This document shows positions 18,600-28,135 of a stretch of 64,000 bases of DNA, piece by piece. Location: assembly GCA_964648775.1 (NCBI GenBank), contig CAZYNA010000003.1, positions 18,807-82,806 on the forward strand, given 5' to 3'. A program made the translations under genes and the position numbers. Below the pieces are notes generated by a model. It was not told the origin of the DNA. It did not search any database and was given only the letters and a program-made list of their open reading frames with translations. This DNA is from an uncultured Proteiniphilum sp. (lineage in GTDB: Bacteria; Bacteroidota; Bacteroidia; Bacteroidales; Dysgonomonadaceae). Numbering within the stretch: the first letter of the stretch is position 1; each line of letters opens with the position of its first letter.

Positions 18600-18654
18600 G
18601 AATATACAGACCTTTGGATTAACACTAAACAATCGACATAACAAATAAGTAAAT

Positions 18655-20889
18655 ATGAAAAAAATTGCAATTATAGGTAATTACCCTCCGCGAAAATGTG
18701 GTATAGCTACGTTTACGAACGACCTGAATGAAGGGTTTAAGGTTAATAATGCCAACACAGCAGTTATAGCTATGAATGATGGCTTAAATAGCTATAACTA
18801 CTCGTCTGATGTTGTTTTTGAAATTGAACAAAATGATATACTGTCATATATTAATGCTGCTGAGTATCTGCATACCAACAAGTTTGATGCAGTGATTTTA
18901 CAGCATGAGTTCGGAATATTTGGCGGCAGAGACGGAAAACATATATTGCAACTGCTTAAACGGCTTCGTATGCCGGTTATCACCACTTTACATACAATTC
19001 TTGATAATCCGTCGGAGCATCAAAGACGTGTGGTAAATGAGCTGGCGCAATTGTCGCATCGGTTAGTTAGCATATCAGTGAAGGGAGTGGAACTGCTGAC
19101 TTCAATATATAATGTTCCTAAGGATAAATGTACTCATATTCATCATGGTGTACATGAAATTGGGGAACCGAATATTGATGGATTGAAAAAGAAGCTGGGG
19201 GTTGAAAACAAAAAAGTGATACTTACATTCGGACTTCTTTCAAAAAACAAATCTATTGAGGTGGTAATTAATGCATTGCCCGAAGTTGTTAAAAAACATA
19301 AAGATATTGTATATATTGTGCTGGGGGCAACACACCCGCATGTGCTGAAGCATGAGGGTGAGGATTACAGACATTCACTTATAAGGCTGGCAACTAAACT
19401 TGGTCTTGATAAAAATGTGATTTTTATTAACCGTTTTGTTAGTAATGAGGAGCTTTTTAACTACCTAAAGATGTGTGATATATATGTAATTCCTTATTTA
19501 GGTGAGAAACAAATCTCATCGGGTACATTGATATATACAATGGGGGCGGCAAAACCAATTATATCTACTCCATTTTGGTATGCAAAGGAAATGCTGGCAG
19601 ATAACAGGGGATTACTCTTCGATTTTAAAGACTCAAAACAATTGAGTGAAAAAATAAACAGCTTGCTTGATGATACCCAAAAAAGTGAATCTATTGCAAT
19701 GAATGCATTTGAATTAGCAAAGGATTGTTATTGGCCAAAAATTAGTAGTCAATATAATAGTATGGTTACAAAATTGGTTGAAGAAGAGGGAGTTATTAAA
19801 ACTGAGTATGAGCTGGCGGATGAGAGTGAATTGAAGTTTACATTGCCTCCGATAAGTTTAAGTCACCTGCAACTTATGACGGATAATACCGGACTGCTTC
19901 AACATGCCAGGTATAGTATTCCTGACAGGGCTCATGGTTACTGCAGCGACGATAATGCGCGTGCATTGCTATTGTCGGTTATGCTTCAGAATGATGTGCA
20001 GGATGTGGATGAACTTAAAAGATTAACAAGCATTTATCTGTCTTATCTTGATTTTGCTTTTAATCAGAAGAATAGTAAGTTCAGGAATTTTATGAGCTAT
20101 TCGAGAGAGTGGCTCGATAATTCCGGTACTGAGGATAGTAATGGCAGAACTCTATGGGCTTTGGGTTATGCAGCTTCTCATACAAATAACAGTAATTTGT
20201 ATCTTCACTCAAACGGACTATTCAGAAGGGGATTAGAGGCAGCACGAGATATTTCGCACCCTCGCTCATTGGCTTATACCATACTCGGACTGGTTTATCA
20301 TGCAAAAGCAGAAGGTGTGCCTGAAGTGATTGAATTGCTTAAGAATAAGTCGGCCCAATTATTCGATATTTATAGTAAAACTATTGATGACAACTGGATA
20401 TGGCACGACAATAAGGTAACTTATGGTAATAGCAGAATTCCTCAGGCTCTGATTTTTGCGGGTTGGTATTTAAAAGATGATATAATGGCTAAAAGGGGAT
20501 TAAAGATTCTGAACTGGCTAATTGACAAGCAGTTTACGGATGGCATATTCTCTCCAATTGGAAATGAGGGCTGGCTGACACCCGAAGGGAAAGCTAAGTT
20601 TGATCAGCAGCCACTTGAAGCTAATGGTATGATTGATGCATGTTTGCAAGCCGAAGAATACAGCAATGACAAGAAATATGGCTCTTATGCTATGAAGGCT
20701 TTTTCGTGGTTTACTGGTGATAATATAATTGGTGAAACTATTTATGACTTTTCTACAGGAGGGTGCCGCGACGGATTAATGACGAGTGGAGTAAATATGA
20801 ATCAGGGAGCTGAGTCTACTCTTTCGTGGCTTATGTCGTTGCTGAATATTTCACTATATCTGCGCGAAACCAAAAATGTAAGTATATGA
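18655..20889 (+). CDS. GT4-family glycosyltransferase fused to a ~360-aa C-terminal domain of unknown function
   Basis: 744 aa with no signal peptide. The N-terminal half has the Glycos_transf_1 pattern (…LTFGLLSKNKSIEVVI…IPYLGEKQISSGTLIYTMGAAKPIISTP). The C-terminal half (LQLMTDNTGLLQHARYSIPDRAHGYCSDDNARALL…) looks helical-repeat-like. Confidence 0.7.
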   Translation: MKKIAIIGNYPPRKCGIATFTNDLNEGFKVNNANTAVIAMNDGLNSYNYSSDVVFEIEQNDILSYINAAEYLHTNKFDAVILQHEFGIFGGRDGKHILQLLKRLRMPVITTLHTILDNPSEHQRRVVNELAQLSHRLVSISVKGVELLTSIYNVPKDKCTHIHHGVHEIGEPNIDGLKKKLGVENKKVILTFGLLSKNKSIEVVINALPEVVKKHKDIVYIVLGATHPHVLKHEGEDYRHSLIRLATKLGLDKNVIFINRFVSNEELFNYLKMCDIYVIPYLGEKQISSGTLIYTMGAAKPIISTPFWYAKEMLADNRGLLFDFKDSKQLSEKINSLLDDTQKSESIAMNAFELAKDCYWPKISSQYNSMVTKLVEEEGVIKTEYELADESELKFTLPPISLSHLQLMTDNTGLLQHARYSIPDRAHGYCSDDNARALLLSVMLQNDVQDVDELKRLTSIYLSYLDFAFNQKNSKFRNFMSYSREWLDNSGTEDSNGRTLWALGYAASHTNNSNLYLHSNGLFRRGLEAARDISHPRSLAYTILGLVYHAKAEGVPEVIELLKNKSAQLFDIYSKTIDDNWIWHDNKVTYGNSRIPQALIFAGWYLKDDIMAKRGLKILNWLIDKQFTDGIFSPIGNEGWLTPEGKAKFDQQPLEANGMIDACLQAEEYSNDKKYGSYAMKAFSWFTGDNIIGETIYDFSTGGCRDGLMTSGVNMNQGAESTLSWLMSLLNISLYLRETKNVSI

Positions 20890-22337
20890 TAAAAGTAAAA
20901 CGACAATCAATTAAAATTCTTCCCTCATCAATGAGAACGCTGGTGAGACCATTTGTTCCGGGAAGTGAATCTCAGGTTGAACATATTCTTTTCAGAATAT
21001 TCTCAACTCCTAAGAGCGACAGAAAAAAAATTGTAGAGAGATTGCATAAGCGACTTGAAATGCCTCATGATACATCTAAGACCATATTTATGAGGCACTT
21101 CGAAAATATTAAGCCTCGAATTCCTTCAAACATGGAGCTTTCTGATACAGACAAACAGTTTATTGGTGCCTGTTTCACACAACAGTATGCACTGGAATCT
21201 ACTGCTTTGTTTAACCCATCTATTGTTCCACACCCAATTCAGGACAAAGAGGATGTTACCCGTTTTATAATCAGTTTAAGAGCCATTGGTGAAGGGCATA
21301 TTTCTTCGATAACCTTTATGGAAGGGGAGATTGATAAGAATTTTAATATTAAGGTAGGTAAAAACTCACCGGTTATTTATGAGCCTGAAAGAACAGATCA
21401 TATTTATGAAAAAAAGGTTATCATTAAAAAAGCAAATGAACATAAACTTCTTTCGGATTTAAATAAACCTGTGTTTAATCTGTTGACCGAGAGTTTTAAT
21501 TTGGATGAGCTGAATCTTGCAATCAATAAAGTTATTAATGAAAACATTGATAATGATAGAGATGAGTTGATCAGTTCGGTGGAAAGTATTAGAATGCTTG
21601 CACTATCAAATTTTTCTTTACAGTTTAATACTGATGATATCACAGAAAGGGCAATTTACCCCGCATCGCCCAGCCAGAGCAACGGATTAGAAGACGCACG
21701 CTTTGTTAAGTTCAGGCATGACGACGGCAGTGATACGTATTATGCTACTTTTACAGCTTATGACGGACATAAGATTATGCCTGAAATGCTTGAGACAAAG
21801 GACTTCAAAAAGTTTAAAGTTTCAACTCTAAGCGGTGATGCTGCAAAGAACAAAGGTATGGCACTTTTTCCACGAAAGGTGAATGGAAAGTATATGATGC
21901 TGGGCCGACAGGATAATGAGTCGCTTTATATTATGCAGTCTGACAATCTCTACTTCTGGCATGATTACCAGCCTCTTATTAAGCCTACGCATGATTGGGA
22001 AATGATGCAGATTGGAAACGGAGGTTCTCCAATTGAAATTGAGGAGGGATGGTTAGTTATTACACATGGTGTGGGCCCGGTGCGTACCTACTCTCTTGGA
22101 GCGGCTTTATTGGATAAAGAGAATCCTCAAAAAGTGATTGGAAGGTTGGACAAACCTTTACTGACTCCTGCAAAGAATGAGAGTTCGGGCTATGTGCCTA
22201 ACGTAATCTATACTTGTGGAGCAATGGTTATTGACAGAACTTTGGTTCTGCCCTACGCTATTTCTGATGTGGTGACCAAGTTTGCAACTGTTAGCGTGGA
22301 TGAGATTATTAATCATATGATAAAATTTAAGTTTTAA
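20886..22337 (+). CDS. GH130-family (DUF377, PH1107-related glycosidase/phosphorylase) protein with an N-terminal extension
   Basis: The preferred start MIKVKRQ at 20886 overlaps the upstream stop (ATGA). The C-terminal ~300 aa carry GLEDARFV, YYATFTAYDG, GMALFPRKVNGKYMMLGR and GGSPIEIEEGWLVITHGVG, typical of GH130. There is no signal peptide. Confidence 0.75.
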   Translation: MIKVKRQSIKILPSSMRTLVRPFVPGSESQVEHILFRIFSTPKSDRKKIVERLHKRLEMPHDTSKTIFMRHFENIKPRIPSNMELSDTDKQFIGACFTQQYALESTALFNPSIVPHPIQDKEDVTRFIISLRAIGEGHISSITFMEGEIDKNFNIKVGKNSPVIYEPERTDHIYEKKVIIKKANEHKLLSDLNKPVFNLLTESFNLDELNLAINKVINENIDNDRDELISSVESIRMLALSNFSLQFNTDDITERAIYPASPSQSNGLEDARFVKFRHDDGSDTYYATFTAYDGHKIMPEMLETKDFKKFKVSTLSGDAAKNKGMALFPRKVNGKYMMLGRQDNESLYIMQSDNLYFWHDYQPLIKPTHDWEMMQIGNGGSPIEIEEGWLVITHGVGPVRTYSLGAALLDKENPQKVIGRLDKPLLTPAKNESSGYVPNVIYTCGAMVIDRTLVLPYAISDVVTKFATVSVDEIINHMIKFKF

Positions 22338-23360
22338 ATGAAAATTGCAATGTTATCTCCTATTGCATGGCGAACACCGCCAATGCATTATGGACCGTGG
22401 GAACTGGTTACATCTCTGTTAACAGAGGAATTGGTGAAAAAAGGTGTTGATGTTACTTTGTTTGCTACAGAAAATTCTATTACAGAAGCGAAGCTCAGAT
22501 CTGTTGCGCCAAAAGGATATGAAGAAGATAAGGATATTGATGCTAAAGTATATGAGTCCCTGCATATCTCAGAGTGTTTCGAACAATCGGGGGAATTTGA
22601 TATAATTCACAACCAGTTTGATTTTTTACCTCTCACATACTCCAGATTAATTGACACACCTTTAGTTACTACTATTCACGGCTTTTCTTCTTCGAAAATA
22701 TTGCCGGTATATAAAAAGTATAATCTCAATACTCATTATATATCAATAAGTGACGCCGACAGATCGTCTGAATTAGATTATCTTGCAACTGTGTATCATG
22801 GAATTGATTTGAGTCAGTTTACTTTTAACCCTAACCCAAAGGGCGATTATATTTTATACTTTGGCAGAGTACATCATGATAAAGGAACAAAAGAAGCGGT
22901 TGAGATTGCAAGGGCTCTTGAAATGCGATTAGTAATTGCCGGAATAATACAGGATCAGGGCTATTTTGATGAATATGTGAAGCCCTTTCTAAAAGAGGGA
23001 AAGGTGGAATATGTAGGTAATGTTGGTCCGAAAGACCGTGACAAGCTGCTGGGAAATGCTAAACTTTTGCTTCACCCAATAAACTTTAGTGAGCCATTCG
23101 GACTCTCTATTGTTGAGTCAATGGCTTGTGGTACTCCTGTTGTAGCCTTTAACAAAGGGAGTATGCCTGAATTAATTACCGATGGAGTGAATGGATTTTT
23201 AACTACAAACGCCGAAGAGGCAATTGAAAAAATAAAAAATATTGATAAGATTGAAAGAAGTGACTGCCGGGATGTGGTAGAACAAAGATTCACTAAAGAG
23301 ATTATGGCAGAAAACTATATAGATGTTTACAAAAGAATTTTGGACCGAAGAATTAAGTAG
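22338..23360 (+). CDS. GT4-family glycosyltransferase
   Basis: 340 aa. The ATG directly follows the TAA of the GH130 gene. It has the EPFGLSIVESMACGTPVVA motif (E-x7-E type). Confidence 0.8.
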   Translation: MKIAMLSPIAWRTPPMHYGPWELVTSLLTEELVKKGVDVTLFATENSITEAKLRSVAPKGYEEDKDIDAKVYESLHISECFEQSGEFDIIHNQFDFLPLTYSRLIDTPLVTTIHGFSSSKILPVYKKYNLNTHYISISDADRSSELDYLATVYHGIDLSQFTFNPNPKGDYILYFGRVHHDKGTKEAVEIARALEMRLVIAGIIQDQGYFDEYVKPFLKEGKVEYVGNVGPKDRDKLLGNAKLLLHPINFSEPFGLSIVESMACGTPVVAFNKGSMPELITDGVNGFLTTNAEEAIEKIKNIDKIERSDCRDVVEQRFTKEIMAENYIDVYKRILDRRIK

Positions 23361-23459
23361 TATCTCTAAGTCTTTTTATAAACGTATATTATATTGTCTG
23401 TATGAGTGAGGAACCTATCGAGACTAATTATATTAAATTTGAATGCTTATTGCATAAAT

Positions 23460-24152
23460 CTATAAAGAGAAACGTTTGCCTTGCTTTAAGAATGCATTAT
23501 ATTTTTTAGTGTTGAATTTATAATAAAATGCACCTCTTTTGGAGCTCTCTTTTTCTTTTTCATCCAGTTTATCAAGTATATCCATTGAAGCAAGTCTTTT
23601 ACGGAAATTCCTTTTATCTAAAGGCATTTGATAAATTGCTTCATACAGATCCTGTAGAGCCGGCATAGTAAACTTGTCATTAAAGAAGTGAAATGCAATT
23701 GGTTGAAAAGAAACTTTATACTGAAGAAGTTTTTTTGCATCCTCTACCATCTCGTTATGGTCGAATACAAGTTTAGGGAGATGCTTTATATTTATCCATT
23801 TGGCATCAAATTTCTTGGCAAGCGATGTGTTGAATTTTTCTGTCTGAACTAATGCATAAAAAGCAACGGATACCACCCTGCCTCCTGCATCTCGTTCTAT
23901 TTCTCCGTATGCACCAACCTGTTCCATGTATACATCTTTTTGCTGAGTATAACGGTAAAGTACTTTTGCAGCTGCCTGATTCAAGCTTTCGCCGGCTTCC
24001 ATAAATCCACCCATTAGCGACCACTCATTTTTCATTGGTTCTACCGGTCTTCTTGTAAGTAATACATGTAATTCCTTATCATGAAAACCAAATATAATAC
24101 AATCTACAGCTACAAGAAATAGATCATTATTATTGTAATATGTCTCTAACAT
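23460..24152 (-). CDS. Nudix-domain protein with C-terminal winged-helix (NrtR-like transcriptional regulator)
   Basis: 230 aa. Nudix fold region WSLMGGFMEAGESLNQAAAKVL. The C-terminal ~80 aa resemble the NrtR wHTH (…LQDLYEAIYQMPLDKRNFRKRL…). Confidence 0.65.
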   Translation of the reverse strand: MLETYYNNNDLFLVAVDCIIFGFHDKELHVLLTRRPVEPMKNEWSLMGGFMEAGESLNQAAAKVLYRYTQQKDVYMEQVGAYGEIERDAGGRVVSVAFYALVQTEKFNTSLAKKFDAKWINIKHLPKLVFDHNEMVEDAKKLLQYKVSFQPIAFHFFNDKFTMPALQDLYEAIYQMPLDKRNFRKRLASMDILDKLDEKEKESSKRGAFYYKFNTKKYNAFLKQGKRFSL

Positions 24153-24183
24153 AGTATATAAGGTAAAGTGTTTGATTAAATAA

Positions 24184-24227
24184 AGTTGGAAGCTGGTAAC
24201 ACCATGTGGCGAACCGGGCTTCCAACT
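24184..24227 (-). terminator. hairpin downstream of galK
   Basis: AGTTGGAAGC (24184-24193) pairs with GCTTCCAACT (24218-24227). The stem is 10 bp with a 24-nt loop and is followed by a T-rich tail on the minus strand. Confidence 0.4.
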
Positions 24228-24243
24228 CGGTATATGTTATTAA

Positions 24244-25392
24244 TTAAAGTTTACGGGCGCCATTGCTTATAACAACGTCGTACACCTTCGGTTCGTGGCC
24301 AAATTTAGCCTTAAACTGTTCCTTTGCATCCTTAATAAACGAATCATATAGTTCATCTTTTACAAGGTTTATGGTACAGCCACCAAAGCCACCACCCATA
24401 ACTCGAGAGCCGGTTACACCGTGCTCACGGGCAACATCATTCAGGAAATCAAGCTCCTCGCAGCTCACTTCGTAAAGTTTGCTCATTCCGTGGTGAGTTT
24501 CATACATCTTTTCACCAACAGTTTCGTAGTCGCCTCTCTCTAATGCATCACTCACATCTCTTACACGCTGAGTTTCCTCAATTACGTATTGAGCACGAAT
24601 GTAATCCTCGTCAGAGACAACGTCCTTAACTTCGTTGAGCATTTCTATAGTTGCATCACGCAGGAACTCAACTTCAGGATGACGTTCTGCTATTTTGGCA
24701 GCAGCATTCTCGCACGACTCTCTACGCTTGTTGTAAGCAGAGGAAGCCAGTTCATGCTTAACAAGTGTGTCAAGCAATACAAGCTTATAACCTTTAGGAT
24801 CAAATGGGAAGTACTCATACTCCATTGATTTGGTATCAAGCCTTATTAAGTGCCCCTCTTTACCAAATAATGAGGCGAACTGGTCCATTATACCACATTT
24901 TACACCAACATAATTATGTTCTGTAGATTGACCAATTCGAGCCAGCTCAAATTTATCTATTCCCAAGTTAAGCATATCGTTTAGTGCAAAAGCATATGTG
25001 CTTTCTAATGCAGCTGATGATGACATGCCGGCTCCAAGTGGAACATCACCCGAAAAGACGGTATCGAAGGCTTTCACTTCGCCACCTCTTTTAATGATCT
25101 CGCGACATACACCAAAGATGTATTTTGCCCAACCTTCTTTAGGAAGATCCTCTTCATTTAGTCCGAATTCTGAACTCTCGTCTAAGTCTATTGCATAAGC
25201 TCTTACTTTGTCTGTTCCGTTTAAACGGATTGCAGCTGTCATTCCTTTATCAATAGCACCCGGAAACACAAAACTTCCGTTATAATCTGTATGCTCACCA
25301 ATGAGGTTTACACGTCCGGGGGACGCGTAAACTTCAGGTGTTTCATTTCCAAATTGTTCTTGAAATATTTTTTTTACTTCTTCTTTAGTCAT
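24244..25392 (-). CDS. galK: galactokinase
   Basis: 382 aa. Signature GRVNLIGEHTDYNG and GHMP kinase motif PLGAGMSSSAA. Confidence 0.95.
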   Translation of the reverse strand: MTKEEVKKIFQEQFGNETPEVYASPGRVNLIGEHTDYNGSFVFPGAIDKGMTAAIRLNGTDKVRAYAIDLDESSEFGLNEEDLPKEGWAKYIFGVCREIIKRGGEVKAFDTVFSGDVPLGAGMSSSAALESTYAFALNDMLNLGIDKFELARIGQSTEHNYVGVKCGIMDQFASLFGKEGHLIRLDTKSMEYEYFPFDPKGYKLVLLDTLVKHELASSAYNKRRESCENAAAKIAERHPEVEFLRDATIEMLNEVKDVVSDEDYIRAQYVIEETQRVRDVSDALERGDYETVGEKMYETHHGMSKLYEVSCEELDFLNDVAREHGVTGSRVMGGGFGGCTINLVKDELYDSFIKDAKEQFKAKFGHEPKVYDVVISNGARKL

Positions 25393-25430
25393 ATTATTAA
25401 TTCACAATGAGTAATTGTTTCATATAAGTT

Positions 25431-26759
25431 TTACTCTTCTGTTGGAAGACTGCCTGTTGCTAATTCAACCGGAATTTCTTCTTCATCAGAGGTAATAATA
25501 TCAGCATTCACGTTCTTTGATCCTGTAAGGGCATAGAACAACAGATAAGCAAGACCTGCAATTACTAACCAGTAGCTATTCATGAATCCTGCATTGTCGG
25601 CAATAAGTCCCTGGAAATATGGAAGTATTCCACCACCACAAACCATCACCATGAAAATACCTGATGCCATTTCTGTATACTTACCAAGTCCTTCAACCGC
25701 AAGGTTAAAGATACTACCCCACATAATTGAGGTACATAGACCGCCAAGTACAAGGAAGAATACTTTAATTGGAACAACAGCGCCAAAAAGCGTAATTGAA
25801 ATAGTAGTTGGAAGGAAGATTGCTAAGAGAACAAGTAATATACCTAAGGTTGATGTTGTAGTTAGCATAGATTTACTTGAAACTTTTGCACCAATTGAAC
25901 CACCTACAAGACGACCAGCAAGCATTAACAGCCAGTAAAGACCAACAATTGATCCTGCAACTCCACCTGCCATACCAAGACCACCACCTGTGGCATCAGT
26001 CGTCATATACAAGTTAGCAATATTAGGTATACCAACCTCAACTCCTACGTATATGAAAATAGCTACAATACCAAGTATAAAGTGGCGGAAAGATAGTGCA
26101 CTGTGCTTATCTTTTACTTTTTCTTTTTTAACCTGATTACGTGTTATATCTAAACGTGGCTCAGGAATCTTTACAACTAAGAGTACAATAAATGCAAAAG
26201 CAAATATACCCATTGCAAGGAATAATGCGGGGTTTGCATCACTGATGGTTGCCTGAGCAACATTACCCATTAGATAACCTACAAGAACAGGAACTATTGT
26301 TGCACCTATTGAGTTGATGGCTCCACCAAACTGAATTAGCTGGTTACCTTTATTACCTCCACCTCCTAATGTATTCAACATAGGATTAACCACTGTATTA
26401 AGGATACACATTGAGAATCCTGAGATAAAAGCACCTGTTAGATATACACCAAAGCTTGCTACAGTTCCTGAAAGATAGGTGATTGTTACACCAATAAATC
26501 CTACAATAACAGCTGTTAGAGCTGTGAATTTGTAACCTTTTCTTTCGAGTAATATACCAGCGGGAATACCCATAAATGCATAAGCTATAAAATTGGCAAG
26601 GTTTCCTAACTGCGACATGGCATTGCTAGCCCCGAACTGATTTTTAACGATAACTCCCATTGGGTTCTGTAGCCCTGTTACAAAGGAGATCATGAAAAAC
26701 AATAAGAACATTACCGCTATAGGTAATGCATAGTTTTTCTTTTGAGTTGTTGCATTCAT
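25431..26759 (-). CDS. MFS glucose/galactose (FucP-type) transporter
   Basis: 442 aa with ~12 predicted TM helices. It sits between galM and galK, as in other Bacteroidota gal clusters. Confidence 0.8.
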   Translation of the reverse strand: MNATTQKKNYALPIAVMFLLFFMISFVTGLQNPMGVIVKNQFGASNAMSQLGNLANFIAYAFMGIPAGILLERKGYKFTALTAVIVGFIGVTITYLSGTVASFGVYLTGAFISGFSMCILNTVVNPMLNTLGGGGNKGNQLIQFGGAINSIGATIVPVLVGYLMGNVAQATISDANPALFLAMGIFAFAFIVLLVVKIPEPRLDITRNQVKKEKVKDKHSALSFRHFILGIVAIFIYVGVEVGIPNIANLYMTTDATGGGLGMAGGVAGSIVGLYWLLMLAGRLVGGSIGAKVSSKSMLTTTSTLGILLVLLAIFLPTTISITLFGAVVPIKVFFLVLGGLCTSIMWGSIFNLAVEGLGKYTEMASGIFMVMVCGGGILPYFQGLIADNAGFMNSYWLVIAGLAYLLFYALTGSKNVNADIITSDEEEIPVELATGSLPTEE

Positions 26760-26892
26760 ACTTTAAAAAATTAATGTTTTACTTTTTGAATTTTATTTAA
26801 TTTGTACTATTTCTTTTTTTAATATTATATTGCTATATATTTTGTTTTGTACTACACATCCACGCATTATATTATAGGATAAAACCTATTTG

Positions 26893-27969
26893 CTAATCGG
26901 TTGTGAAGACGAAACTTGTTCTTGAGTAAAAACCCTCTCCAGGCTTCAAAACAACTGAAGGATATTCGGGTTTATTAATACTATCGGGATAATGTTGTGT
27001 TTCAAAACATACAGCTGATCTTTCAGGATAGCGATTGCCATTCTTTGCAGAAAAACCACCGGTCATCCAGTTACCGGTATAAAGCTGTAAACCCGGTTCG
27101 GTTGTGTACATTTCCATCTTTATTCCGGTTTTGGGAGATATACAATAGCCTGCGAAACTGTATTCATCTTCACTTTTCTTATTCAGTACATATGTATGAT
27201 CATAACCTTTGCCAAAATGGAGTTGCTGAAAATCGTCATTAATGCGCTCCCCTATTTCATGAGGTTCAGTAAAATCCATAGGAGTACCCTTTACTGATTC
27301 AGGCTTACCATATGGGATAGCTGTTTCATCAGTAGGCAGGTAATTATCTGCATTGAGCACCAGCAGATGATCTGCTATACTTGGATCTCCTTCTCCTGAG
27401 AGATTAAAATAAGAGTGATTAGTGAGATTAAGAATGGTGGTTTTATCTGTCTCAGCACGATATGTTATATCAAGCGTATTTTCATCAGTTAGTTTATATG
27501 TAACCCAAACCGATAGATTTCCGGGGAATCCCTCTTCACCATCTTTGGATAGATAAAATAGTTCAATACTGTTGTCAGTAACTTCTTTTACGTCCCATAC
27601 CACTGCATTAAAGCCTTTTATACCTCCATGCAGAGAATTTGGGCCATTATTAATGGCAAGTTGATATTCTTGGTTATCTAAAATGAAACGGCCGTTTGCA
27701 ATTCTGTTTGCAGTACGACCGCATATAGCTCCAAAATATGGTTCTTCGGAAGATAAATACTCATCGATTGTTGAGTGCCCCAAAACAGTGTCTACTAACT
27801 TGTTATTTTTATCAGGAACCATTAATGAAACAATTTTGGCTCCATAATTTGTTATTGTAACTTCACTTCCAACCTTGTTGGTTAGAATGTATAATCCGGT
27901 TTGCTTGCCTTCAATAATTAAATTAAAATCTTCAACCAACAAACCGGATTTGCTATACATTTTACTCAT
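26893..27969 (-). CDS. galM: aldose 1-epimerase (galactose mutarotase)
   Basis: Motifs GGIKGFNAVVW, NLTNHSYFNL and FETQHYPDS. The start is placed at MSKMYSK (27967-27969) rather than the longer track ORF. Confidence 0.85.
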   Translation of the reverse strand: MSKMYSKSGLLVEDFNLIIEGKQTGLYILTNKVGSEVTITNYGAKIVSLMVPDKNNKLVDTVLGHSTIDEYLSSEEPYFGAICGRTANRIANGRFILDNQEYQLAINNGPNSLHGGIKGFNAVVWDVKEVTDNSIELFYLSKDGEEGFPGNLSVWVTYKLTDENTLDITYRAETDKTTILNLTNHSYFNLSGEGDPSIADHLLVLNADNYLPTDETAIPYGKPESVKGTPMDFTEPHEIGERINDDFQQLHFGKGYDHTYVLNKKSEDEYSFAGYCISPKTGIKMEMYTTEPGLQLYTGNWMTGGFSAKNGNRYPERSAVCFETQHYPDSINKPEYPSVVLKPGEGFYSRTSFVFTTD

Positions 27970-28135
27970 GTTATTCTTTTGGTTTTTTAAATTAAGATAT
28001 TGATGAAGACTGATCTTATAAAATTGGTGTAAAATTAACACAGAATTTTGTAAAGTCCTAAAATTATTTTGTGTTATAAAACATAAATCTAATTTATTAA
28101 CACTCAGTTTTATCTATAACAATCTTCCAGAAAAA

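Noticed and set aside
18396-18644. 82-aa minus-strand ORF in the track that covers part of repeat module A and the GT-operon leader
   Set aside because: It runs through an 11-bp periodic repeat, which is not divisible by 3, and through a terminator hairpin. Its composition is low-complexity and there is no plausible promoter or start context. It is almost certainly not coding.
20826-20885. Longer N-terminus (MAYVVAEYFTISARNQKCKY...) for the GH130 gene, as given in the ORF track
   Set aside because: That start lies entirely inside the upstream GT4 gene in another frame. The ATG at 20886 gives a typical ATGA stop/start overlap.
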